From: an uncultured Candidatus Poseidoniales archaeon
GTDB taxonomy: Archaea; Thermoplasmatota; Poseidoniia; Poseidoniales; CAYMED01
Direction of reading: 5' to 3'
Assembly: GCA_964389655.1 (NCBI GenBank)
Contig: CAYMED010000005.1
Coordinates: forward strand, 33,081-97,080
DNA length: 64,000 nucleotides
Program-made: the position numbers and the translations under genes
Shown here: positions 10,185 to 21,900 of the stretch, in pieces
Layout: the number at the start of each line of letters is the position of its first letter
How positions within the stretch are numbered: position 1 is the first letter of the stretch
Notes under the pieces: generated by a model
What the model saw: only the letters and a program-made list of their open reading frames with translations
Databases searched by the model: none
Told to the model about the DNA's origin: nothing

Positions 10185-10856
10185 ATGGCTGCGCCATGTG
10201 CTCCGAGTGGTAGTGGAATTTCATTTGCACTATTCGGCCTTTTGACGCTGCTGTGGATTTATCTTCCCGCAACGATGGTGAATTTTTTTGCTATGATGTG
10301 TGGGCGAGGGCTGCCAAAATATGGCATTGGACCTTGGCCGATTGACCGTGGGCATGTTGCCCGAGACGGCAACCGATTGCTGGGTGATGGGAAGACTTGG
10401 GTAGGTCTTGTTGGCGGTTCTATATTGTGTGGCGTTGTAGCCTTGATACAATATGTCGCAGTGGATCCTACTCGCTGCACTTGGCCACTCGTGGGGCATC
10501 TTGCAACACTTGAGGATGGGCACTGGGCATTGGCAATGCCTGGCTGGCTTGCAGCTCTGATCTTTGGAACTTGTATCGGCCTCTTTGCCCTTATTGGAGA
10601 TATGTCGGGTAGTTTCCTCAAGAGACGAAAAGGGCATGCACGTGAAGGTTCAGAATCCAGTAAAGATCTCTTGCTCGATAGCCTGCCATTTGCAGTGGTT
10701 GGATTTGCCTTGACTTTGCTGTTATTATCGAATACAGTCATTGGTGCGTGGGGATGGTGGCCTTGGATGTTAGGGATCATTATATGCACTCCGCCTCTAC
10801 ATCGTGGTTTCAACATCCTTGGATACAAACTGGGCTGGAAAGACGTGCCTTACTAA
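10185..10856 (+). CDS. carS: CDP-archaeol synthase
   Basis: PID.G....DG.RLLGDGKTW.G, GD..GSFLKRR, LLD.L.F and LH...N..GYKLG.K.VPY motifs of CarS. Confidence 0.9.
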   Translation: MAAPCAPSGSGISFALFGLLTLLWIYLPATMVNFFAMMCGRGLPKYGIGPWPIDRGHVARDGNRLLGDGKTWVGLVGGSILCGVVALIQYVAVDPTRCTWPLVGHLATLEDGHWALAMPGWLAALIFGTCIGLFALIGDMSGSFLKRRKGHAREGSESSKDLLLDSLPFAVVGFALTLLLLSNTVIGAWGWWPWMLGIIICTPPLHRGFNILGYKLGWKDVPY

Positions 10857-10917
10857 TTAGTGATGAGGAATTGATGAATCCATGAATATATTGCCATTTT
10901 GATGTTGTAGTGTTGAT

Positions 10918-11565
10918 ATGCCAATATTATTGATTGTTGATCTATTGGCAGAAAAGAAGGCTTTTGGAGAAAAAGGGACTGAAGAAATTATTCGCCATTT
11001 TCCGAATTATGATATTTTACTTTGGGCACCACATGTGGATGTGCCACGGGCGTACTCCTTTGGAATGAGAGTCAATTCACCCACTGACTGCGATGTTATT
11101 TTGATCACTGGAAGTCGGAGAAATGTCTCGAATTGGGAACCGTGGATGGACGATGTTGCACAAGTTATCCAAACTTGTCAAGTGCCGCTTTATGGGATCT
11201 GCTTCGGGCATCAAATCATATGCAAGGTGCTTGGGGGCCGCGTGGTTCGTGCCGAGGAAAAAACAAATTGCATCTCGCAAGTGTTCTATGCCGATGGACA
11301 AACCGTGAACCAGTTGTTTACTCATCAGGATCATGTGGTCGATGCAGGGCAAATGAATGTGATTGCAACAGCCAACCATTGTGATGTCGTTGCCTGCAAG
11401 CATCCTACTCGCCCTATTGTAACTGTCCAGTATCATCCTGAAGCAGTACCGGATTTATTGGACTACGCTCTTGCATGTGGTGACTTGACCAAAGAAGAAC
11501 GAGCAGCTTTTGGAACTGGTGTCCAGTCCCTTAATGTGGCCGAATCTCTCTTCCTTCCTCGATAA
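10918..11565 (+). CDS. Class I glutamine amidotransferase (GMP synthase-like)
   Basis: ITGS, GICFGHQ (nucleophile Cys), HQDHV and QYHPE. Confidence 0.88.
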   Translation: MPILLIVDLLAEKKAFGEKGTEEIIRHFPNYDILLWAPHVDVPRAYSFGMRVNSPTDCDVILITGSRRNVSNWEPWMDDVAQVIQTCQVPLYGICFGHQIICKVLGGRVVRAEEKTNCISQVFYADGQTVNQLFTHQDHVVDAGQMNVIATANHCDVVACKHPTRPIVTVQYHPEAVPDLLDYALACGDLTKEERAAFGTGVQSLNVAESLFLPR

Positions 11566-11613
11566 GTCGAGCAGCGTCAAGCCTATCACCTGTCGCTGGC
11601 AGACATCACAATT

Positions 11614-12873
11614 GTGGCCAAACGCGTCCTTGTTCTCGGCTCCGGGGGGCGAGAACATGCAATCGTCCATGCTCTCTCTTCAGGATCAAATTCGGTTGAT
11701 GTACACAGCGCTCCAGGTAATGCTGGAACTGCCATGTTGGGAACGAATCATGATGTAGACCCCATGGACCCTGCAGCAGTCTGCGACCTTGCTGAAAGAA
11801 TTTCTCCCGACCTTGTTGTTGTAGGTCCTGAAGCACCTCTTGTGAATGGGGTGTCCGATCATCTCAGGGCGGCTGGTGTGGCCGTATTTGGCCCCTCATC
11901 GAAATTAGCCCAACTTGAAGGCGACAAAGGATTTGCTAAGAGCATCATGTCAAGTCTTGGAATCCCAACCTCCTCATCGGTGATCATCGGCCCGGATGAT
12001 GACCTCGACCTTGACCTGCATGGCCCTCCTTGGGTCGTCAAGCACCTTGGACTAGCTGGTGGGAAAGGCGTTTCAGTAACGAATGATTTAGAGGAAGCAA
12101 TATCTGCAATAAAAAGTGCCATTGAGAAAGATGGAGAGGTGTTACTGGAATCTTTTCTTTCAGGTGAGGAAGCGAGTATTCTTGCCATAATGGACGAAAG
12201 CGGCTATCACACATTGCCAGCCAGTCAAGACCACAAGCGAGTTGGGGATGGGGATGTTGGCCCAAATACGGGAGGGATGGGTGCTTATGCTCCAGCACCT
12301 GTCATCACAGAGGAAGTGCTTGAGCGTGTGCGGGTGAGAATTCTTGACCCCATGCATGCTTGGACAGTATTGCAGGGTGGTTTTCGAGGTTGCCTATACG
12401 TTGGGCTAATGATTGATGCAGTTGGCGACCCATATGTTGTTGAATTTAATGTCCGATTAGGGGATCCTGAGGCTCAGGCCACGTTGCCCTTACTCCAAAC
12501 GGATTTATTTGAGGTCTTTCTTGCCTCAGCAGAGGGGCGGGTGAATGAGATAAATCTTCAGATCATTGAGGGGGCTTGTGCTACGGTCGTTCTTGCGTCT
12601 GAAGGGTATCCAAATTCCAGTGTCGTTGGCCGCGTTATTTGCGGGGCAATTGATGAACAATTCTCATCGGCAACGGGCCGGACAATTGTCCATCATGGGG
12701 GGACCACGATGGAGGACCGTCAGTTGATCTCGACCGGAGGTCGTGTCCTAGCAGTAACCGGTCATGCTGATGATTTGGCCAAGGCAGTATCCTTGGCATA
12801 TGAGCGGATTGATATGATAGATTTGGAAGGTGGTTTCTATCGCCATGATATCGCACATCGTGCCTTGCGCTGA
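11614..12873 (+). CDS. purD: Phosphoribosylamine--glycine ligase
   Basis: GSGGREHA, APGNAG, VVGPEAPL, GLAGGKGV, QDHKR..DGD.GPNTGGMGAY, EFNVRLGDPE and GGRVL. Confidence 0.97.
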   Translation: MAKRVLVLGSGGREHAIVHALSSGSNSVDVHSAPGNAGTAMLGTNHDVDPMDPAAVCDLAERISPDLVVVGPEAPLVNGVSDHLRAAGVAVFGPSSKLAQLEGDKGFAKSIMSSLGIPTSSSVIIGPDDDLDLDLHGPPWVVKHLGLAGGKGVSVTNDLEEAISAIKSAIEKDGEVLLESFLSGEEASILAIMDESGYHTLPASQDHKRVGDGDVGPNTGGMGAYAPAPVITEEVLERVRVRILDPMHAWTVLQGGFRGCLYVGLMIDAVGDPYVVEFNVRLGDPEAQATLPLLQTDLFEVFLASAEGRVNEINLQIIEGACATVVLASEGYPNSSVVGRVICGAIDEQFSSATGRTIVHHGGTTMEDRQLISTGGRVLAVTGHADDLAKAVSLAYERIDMIDLEGGFYRHDIAHRALR

Positions 12874-12980
12874 TCGGGGGACGTCGCCGTCATACTTCAC
12901 CCCTCATTCCGAGAATGGTTAAAACAGGGGGTCAGGTCGCAGGCACTCGCGACCATAGGTCGTATTGAGAGGGAACTAAC

Positions 12981-15900
12981 GTGGATGATCACGAGAATGA
13001 GATAGATCGGTCGCCTCCGGTCGCTCTCGGCTTTCTAGTTCCTCTTGTTGCCGTACTTCTAGCATGGATGGCAGTAGAGGTGGCTGGAGTCGATAGCCTT
13101 CGGATGGAAGGGATAGAAATGAACTTGGGCGTGTTGTTTGCCGCAGCAGCGGCTAGCCTAGTAACTGCCCGCATGGTGAACCTCCCGAAAAACTCTTTTT
13201 TCACGCCCGTCCGCTTTAGTGGCTTGTTGCTCATTGGAAGTGCAATTGGTGTTTGGTGTCTTGTAGAATTTACCTACATCATTGTGTGGGTTGCCATTCT
13301 TTGTGGTCTTCTTCTAGCACTTGGACATTCTGCGTTAGATCGCGGACGCTTTGAGGAATGGACGATTGCAATTTTTGCGATATCTGGATTAATCGCAGCG
13401 GCTTATGTCGGTGCTTGGTCAAGCGAATATGCATATTTACCAGATTCAAGAACAGATACGGATGAGGATGGCTTGCAAGATTGGTATGAAAATTCCAGAA
13501 TGGAGCACCTCGACAGTAATTTGGCGGACCTTTCCAAGAGCGGGGGTGACACGATTAGTCCCTTCGAAGCAACTCATAGCATACGACCTTCGGAAGGGAA
13601 CTGGACAAATCTAAGCATTACGATTCCACCAGTAGGCGATGATTCTCTTGGGCATTTTGCAGTATTAATCGTCGACGATGACACAGTGTCTAGCGAAGGG
13701 CCCATTTTTCAATCCGGAAGTGCATATGCCTCTCTTCAAAGTGGAACCTCTTCTGTAGGCAGAAACCAAAATGGCTTTTCTTGGACAGGGTCTTATAATT
13801 TTACAGAAACCACTGGCCTTACCTTGGCACTTTCGACTGCATCTCAAACAGGCAGGATTGAAGTGGTCTTGATTGAAATGAATTCGGGCGAAAATCTTGC
13901 AGATGCCTCAGCTAGGGGATCATCTCTTCTCTCAGTTACACCAAAGTTACTTGACCCTGCCTTTGCCGATAGCAATGGTGATGGGATCAGTGATGCTTCT
14001 ACAATGCTCGAAGGCAATGAGCAGGCTGAAGGAAGTATACAAATGTCTTTGGGCGTTTCAGAAAATACAATTGTTGATGCCAAACGCTTGATTACTGGAC
14101 AACTGTTTTTTGCAATTGTCTTCACTTCAATTGTGCTTGGATTCTTAGTGGCAGTATTGCAACGTGGCATTCTACTTCCTGAGGGAAGTGCTGGCTGGTG
14201 GTCATTCATGCCGCAGCCCTCTGGGCGTACACCTTCGCGGGCAGCACTTCCACTCTATGTTGCCCTGTTTGCTGGCGTGCTTGGCTTTTTGCTCGAATTT
14301 ATTTCATTTTCACTGGCAACGCCAGTGGAAAGAATTTCGCAAGTAATGCCTCAATCTGTGTTCTGTGCTGACGAAACTGGCTTCGGCTCTCTGTTTGGCG
14401 TAAATTGTGGTGTACATTTCATCGGCTCATGGTGGCCTATTCTGAATTTTGCAGCCAGTCTTATCATTGCTTATTTGTGGTCTGAAAGAATGCGCACGAG
14501 AGCGCTAATGGGCGGTGCTACATGGATTCTCTATACGGCTAGTTCATGGCAAGAAATGGGTATGTGGTCAACTCCAATCTTAGAAGGTAGTTCTGGAAAG
14601 TTACTCTGGTTTGGTATCACCTTCATCACTTTCATTGCGATTTATCTTTGGTCGACTCATGAGAAATATGGGCAATGGTCTCCGAGGAACGAGCGCGGTC
14701 AGGCTAGTATGTGGTTATCTTCTCATGGACGTACTGTCATGCTGTGGACTGCGTTTGCAGTAGGGCTTGCAGTTCGGATTCAATGGAACGTCGTACCTGC
14801 CATGAATGCTTCAGGAACTTCTGGCTGGGACATGACTGGTGGATCTGACCCATGGTACATGAAACGAGCTATCGATTATGTTCTTGCCCAGCATGCTCAT
14901 TTCATGTTTGATCCAGATCGGGCCTATCCAATTGGTGACATTAATCCACGACCTCCACTATTCGGCTGGAGCATCGCCCTAGCGGCAACATTACTCGGTA
15001 CTTTGACTGGGATGGATATTCAATCAGAAGCCGTTTGGTGGGCCCTTGGCTTCATGCCTGCCTTTTTCGGTGCACTCATTGTTTTCCCGATTTATGCATT
15101 GACAAAGGACGTATTTGACAAGAATTCTGCGATTATTGCCTCTTGGTTGATCGCATTGATGCCAGGTCACGTTAGCCATAGTACCTTTGCACTAGCAGAT
15201 CACGATGCATATGTTTTGCTTTTCCTTTCACTTGCCTATTTCTGTTACCTGCGTGCGGTAAAGGAAGCGGGGATGGACCGTCTAGTGAAGAAAATATCTT
15301 GGCGCCCACAGCATATTATTGCAGCATTTAGTGCGGTGCATCGAGAGCGACCAAAGGCAGTAATTTGGGCAATTCTAGCCGGAATCTCGATGGCAGCAGT
15401 TGCTCTTGGTTGGAAGGGTTTTGTGTATGGTCTTGGTATACTCTATATCGCATTCTTCTTGCAAGTTGCAGTGAATCTATTCCGCAGAACTGATTCAACG
15501 GCCTTGTCAGTGATTATGATTGAGATGCAGTTGGTTGTAATTCTTATCTCATTGCCCTTCTATGGGCATCCATCATTGGGTCTTCTTTCGGATCCAACAG
15601 GCTTCCAACCTTTGTTCTATATCTTTGGTTTTACAGTAGTAACTGCATTTATCGCAGTATCGTACAGGGACAAACCTTGGCTGCTTGTTCTAGGAACAGG
15701 TATCGCTACGGCTATGGTATTCTTGGTCACTCTTTGGATCCTTCTTTGGGCAGATATCTCCAATGCCTGGAATGTGTTGTTCACAGGAGGTGGATATTTC
15801 AGCAAAAATAAGATTTTTGGAACAATTGCTGAAGCACAGGCTCCAGCACGTGGTGTGCTATTCGGATCTTTTGGCCCATTTGTGGGTATATTTGCCCTAT

Positions 15901-18900
15901 TTGGCGGGTTTGTGGCCTTGTGGCACGGGTTGAAGCGCCGCCAAGCAAATATGGTTGTCATCTCTGTTTGGACTCTTGTTTCAGCCTACATGGCTTGGAC
16001 CGCTGGACGATTCGTGTTCAATGCAACTCCGCCCATTGCGGTAGTTGGTGCGTGGTCTTTTGTCGTGCTTTGGGGGAAGGTAGGGGGTACTGACTTTGCC
16101 AAAACATGGCGCCGCCTTGGTGTATCAACCCCTCGTGCGAGAATTAGCGCCACACGTGCTTCTCTTCGCCGTCATCCATGGTTGGGAGCAGTCTCTCTCG
16201 TTTTCTTGATCATCGCAGCCCAGCATGTCAGTTATGGCGTTGATGCGGGAATTCCACGAGGTTCCTCATCTATGCAGAGAGTTGACCAAGCATTCTATGA
16301 TATCGCTCCTGATTTACTCCGAACTGAATTTTTGGGTCTCTCCGTTATGAATTCTCAGCCACATGAAGGTGCTTGTGACCAGCGTGGATACCAGCCATGC
16401 CGTTACCTCAATTCGTTTGGTCCAGGTTTCAATGGCCCTTCTTGGAATAAAGCCTATGATTGGTTGGCGCATCAAGACCTCACCCACCCGGATGCAAATA
16501 CTTCTGAACAATGTACTGCTCTAAGTGGTATTTGGCATGCAGATTCAGCGGTCTGTGAGCAACGATTTGGAGATCGTCCAGCTTTTGTCTCGTGGTGGGA
16601 TTATGGATTTCAAGCACTCTCTCAGGGTCAACATCCGACTGTCGCAGATAACTTCCAGACAGGGATACCATCTAGCGGAAACATGCTACTCTCACGCGGA
16701 CAAGATGACCTTCTTGCCCTCTTTATCACGAGATTGGCCGATGGCGATCGACAAGCGTACGATGCTTCGGTTGATGGCGATTGTGGTGAAGCACTTGGTC
16801 GTTGTTTTACTCGGTCTTTTAATGCCGCTTTGGATGCGCATTTCACGAATACATCTGAACTTGAGGAATTTAAGGCGCTTCACGCAGGGCTGACTTCTAC
16901 AATTGCCAAGAACCGTTTTCTTGCCGTTAAGCAAACAGCCGGGACAGTTATCCTAGCAGAAGGTGCTGAAATCATCGGTGGAATGCCCACAGGGAATACC
17001 ATCTGGAAAGTATATGACAATCGAAACCCGATTGCCTGTAGTCAAAACTGCCGTGGCGATGCTTATGCAACTGAAGCAGCAGCTTTGCAGGTGTTTGATG
17101 ATCGTAGTGCATCTCGTGAATCAACTCAAACAACAACTCATTACATCATTGGTGATTACTGGTATACTGCAGATACATTGGACGAGTTTGATTCTGTAGC
17201 AACATCCTTGCACCGGAGCAATGCACGTATTGCGTTGATGCGTAATTTCCTCAGTAACTCGCAGACAATGAACCAAATGGTGGATCTTTATGCGAATTTA
17301 ACCAAGATTTCTTATTCTGTGAAGGATTCATTTGGTCAAATTGGAGATACACTGGAACGTAATCATGACATTCGCTATTTTGCAGTTGACAATCGCTTGT
17401 ATCCCTTAGGTGGGCGCTACAATGAAGATGCTAATTATCATGGTGGACAACCGCAGGGGATTTTCCATGCACCTACTCGCTTAGCAGGTTTGGACCTTGA
17501 ACATCACTTGGCTACAACTTATGAGACCATGCGGGGGACTGGCGGTCTTGTCGATGAGATGACCGCTGCTGAATATGAAGAAACAATGCGTACTGAATCG
17601 CTTGCTCAGACGTCAAACGATCAGCGAACTACTTTGAAAGACATCCGCGTGGACCAAGATCCTATCTTCTTTGAGACAATGGTTGCGCGAACTTATGTTG
17701 GCTATGGAGCGACTTCTTTGGGCTTACCAGATGCCGCTCAACCAAATCCTCATTTTCAATATTCTTCGGGTACTCCAAGTACGGCCCTACAATCAGCATA
17801 TCCTCTTCCGGGCGCGATGTTGAATCATTTTGTAATTTCTAATTGGGATGAAGTTGATTCATCAAATCCATACTTCTCAAAGGCAAATACGGGTGTCAAG
17901 GTGTTGAAATATTATCATGGTCTTGAAATTAATGGGAAGGTGACTCTAGACATAGATGGGAAACCAGGTGCTGGTGGAGTTCGTCTCTTAGTTGAACGTG
18001 ATGCCTTTTCCGGAGAGATGGGTGATGATGATCAAGCCGTTTATTGGATACCCATTGCTGCAGTTGATGCCGAACCAGATGGATCATTCCATGTGCGTGT
18101 TCCAGCAGGTAAAATTCGCATCACCGCATTTGTTGGTCAAACGGACTTAGACACAGCCCGAACCAGCCTACAAACAAGCAATGTTAGGGATATGATCTAT
18201 GACCTTATTGATGCAGAAGGCGGTTCCGCACGAACCGTAAACACGATCACTGGAATTCTTGGTGGTGTTGCAGGAATGCAGTGGCTTTCGCAGGAAGAAA
18301 TAATTGTCCTTGGAGATGAAGCGTCTGAACCGGGACATCATCGCTCAGTTGAGCTGACAGTCAGTCCTAGTGGGGCTGATGGAGTACTGTCATGGACAGG
18401 TCTTGAGGAATTCGAAAATATCGCAGTTGAAGACGTAAATGTCCGATTAGAAAATATCGATAATGGCTTTACTTACAATTTTACAACTAGCAATGGAAGT
18501 TATGATGGAAGCCGATTAATCGTAGGTGAAGGTGAGGCTGAATTCATAGATGAACCAGGTCAATTTGATGCTGATGGAATTGCTACTGTCAATCGATTTA
18601 CTGGAAACCTTACTAGAACCATTGAATCTGGACACATATATGCTGACTCTGGACATTATTCAGGGACGGGGTGGTTTAATGGAACGATCGATGATGACTC
18701 TAGTTCTTGGTCTAGTTGCAATTCAAATGGAACAATGCCAGAAAATGCTAGCCGTTGTCTCGCGTCTCCTACGAGTGTTCAGTTGAGGGCCGATTCAGTA
18801 AATGGAACAGGTCGCTTTGCAGCAGATTCGACTTCAACATTCACGAAGTCACTTGTATCCGCACGCTATGTGGGATCGGGTAGTTTTGAAGGCGTTGGGA

Positions 18901-21900
18901 TTGCAAATGGGACTGGCCGCTTCAATGGAAGTGGGATTTTCTCTGGCCCAATGATAAAGCAAGGCTCCTTTTACTTCGTTGATGCCATGCCAGGTAGATA
19001 CAATGTTTCAATTGATTTTGGCCCAAATCAGAGTGCGTTGTTGCCAGAACCTTTGCTCATCACATTGGAGCCAGTAACTGACTTGGCTCTTCAGGTGGGT
19101 GCATCAAGGATACACGGGGAATTAAGGGATCACCTAAATGACCCTGTATCTCTCAATCTGTCTCTCATATTGGCAGAAAATGAGGCCTTAATCTCGATGG
19201 AGGAAACCGATGCCGAAGGTTTGTATGAATTTTCACCACTTCCGCCAGGAACTTACTGGTTGCGAACTGATACTGATTTAGATGGGTTGTATGAATATAA
19301 CCAGACCTTCATATTCGATGCTGAACCAAGTAACGAAACATTTTCCCCTCCCTTCCTTCCAATGATTGACCTTGACCTTACAATTCGGTGGGATAATGGT
19401 TCAGGTCTTGTTCCAGTTCCAGAAGGACATATGATTAATCTCACCTCCCCGGATGGCCAATTTAGCGAAGTCGCCATTGCGAATGAGACGGGTCAAACTA
19501 GGCTGGAAATTCCCAAAGTAGAGGGTGTTTCTTTCTTGGTCGTAGAAACTGCCAATACGGCAGCAGGGCCACAAATACTCACATTTGAAGTGTCGCTTGG
19601 CTCGGATCAGACTTTGGTACTCGATTATCAGCCAAGTGCTGTTGTTTCAGGTACACTTCGTATTCAGGACCCAGGTCAGCAAACAGGATTCTCTACGCCA
19701 AAGGGGGTAGATGTGCATTATACATGGGGGAATTATTCCCTTGCCAGTAAGAGTGCAGATGAGGGTGTTTGGTCTCAGTACTTACCCGCTTCAGTTAATG
19801 TGAATATTACCGCACAGACTTTTGGACCCACTGTTGGCGGGATTCGTGTAAATGTTCCTGCGGATGGGTTGACTGGTCAATTGATCAATATGGAGAGTGC
19901 AGTTACAGTTACTGGCCAATTGATCATGGCAGCAAGCAACGTCTCGTATGATGGCCAACTTCCTGGCTGGCTCTTTGCTGAAATAATGGCGGTCAATCAA
20001 GCGACAGATGCTAATGGCCTAGTTTGGAAAAGCAGCGTCGATGAGATGGGTCAATATCAGTTTGCAATTCCTGATGGAACATATGATGTCTCGGTTTCTG
20101 AATCACGTTTAGGTATGGCTCCGTTTTCATTAACAGTTGTATTTGATGAGAATAGTACTGTGTTCCGAGATATTACCCTTGAACCCGATAACATCACTGT
20201 AAACTTGAGCATTTTCTTAGACAGTGGCCGAGATGGCGATTTGGCGAATGGTACTCTGCGCCCAACGACCATCATCCTCAACCCATATGGGCGAATGCAT
20301 GGCAGCATCTTGGAAATCAATGCAACTGACATGGTTGATGGTAATGGAACAACACTTGCAAATATTTCCGTATCTCTTGCACCAGGCCTCTATGAGGTAT
20401 TGCTGGAACCTGAATTGGCTGAGGACCCAAATGCATCAGATCATCAACAGCGCCCCAACGCTGAAATTTTGATTCCAGTAGAAGTTGATGGGGATGTGAA
20501 GCACCACAACATCACATTGGCACCAGAATGGCTATTTACAGGTGAACTGCAAAGTTTCGCGATTGGTGACTCGGGCGATAATCTAGTGCGTAACACTTCA
20601 TTCCTGCTTGAACCAGCCAATAGTTCAGATGGCCTAACTCCTGTTGATGTCCCAGTCGATGAGAATGGCACGTTTGCGATGTATATCCCTGAAGGTGACT
20701 ATGTAATCCTAGTTGACGCTTTTTTGCCAAAGGAAGGAGAAGGTAGGGAATTACTTCGCCAAGCTTTGTCAGTTCAACCAAATAATGGTGTGTCTCGTAC
20801 TAATTTGACATTAACAACCAGTCAGCCCGCTACTGTGAATTTGACACTTTGGATGGATGCAGGGAATGGGTCTGCCCTTGCAGCTACTGCGGTCAAAGCA
20901 GTCAGCAATTCAGGACTTGGGAATGTAACTCTTCCTCCCCTAAACTCATCTGGTTTTGCCTCTGCCGAATTGATGCCTGGAAATTGGAGCCTCGAACTGA
21001 ATGAGACAATTGGGGATCAACGCCACATACTTGCAGATTCTGCGCGAGATCTCGGCGTGCTCAATGCAGGGTCGACCAAGATGGTTAATCTTACGTCATC
21101 TACTTCTGTGAGAATTGGTGGAAAGGTATTCTATGATTTAGACGGTGACAACCTATGGGACCAAGATGAAAGTCTAATGGGTGCTGAAGTTCAGATCACG
21201 AATTCCACATCATCGGTATCTCTTAATTCAACCTCTGATGGCACTGGGACGTGGGTTACCTTTGTTCCAGTAGACCTAAATTATTCGATCCATATTTCCA
21301 TGGACGGATATGATAATTCCTCATTCAGCCGAAAAATCAATTCGACTCATGACTCCAATGATACTGCTCTCACTGCAGGTGAAGTGCCCATTAATGGCAC
21401 TGTAAGTTGGGCGCTTAGCGATCCATTGCCTATTGATGCAGTTGTCCGTATTCTTCCCGTTATTGGGCAAGATTCCGATAGATCTAGAGAAGTCACTTTG
21501 CCACTTGTGAATGGAACGTGGAATGGGACTTGGGAACAGCTTGTCTCACCAGGTGATTACGTAGTGTATGCTTCAGCAAATCATTCAAGTGAAGTCATTG
21601 GATATGTTGGAGTGACCTACGTTCATGTTGGTGTCAATGGAACAGATACTGTTTCAGTAACTCTCGATGTCGGAGCACTTCTGAAACTAGATTCAACTTG
21701 GACGAATTATGACGGTAATTCAACTCATCTTGGAGAACTCCCTGCTGAACTTGCTGTGGTTCAGATCAGCATTGATCTAGAAGACGGCCGGAATTGGAAT
21801 GAAACCATTGATTCGGATGGAACCGTAGAGTTACTGTTGCCGGTCTCTGGAGTTCAGGCAGATGTTGAATTTTCACTCGTAGAACGCGGTAGGATGATGA

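Noticed and set aside
10857-10917. Possible C/D-box sRNA (GTGATGA ... TGATGA)
   Set aside because: No CTGA D/D' boxes; more likely just an AT-rich promoter region.
10918-11565. Naming the GATase guaA or purQ because it precedes purD
   Set aside because: The motifs fit a generic class I GATase (ITGS, CFGHQ, HQD), not PurQ, and no synthetase partner is adjacent.
12935-12954. Hairpin GGTCGC-N8-GCGACC in the aglB leader as a riboswitch
   Set aside because: A single 6-bp stem with no recognisable aptamer features.
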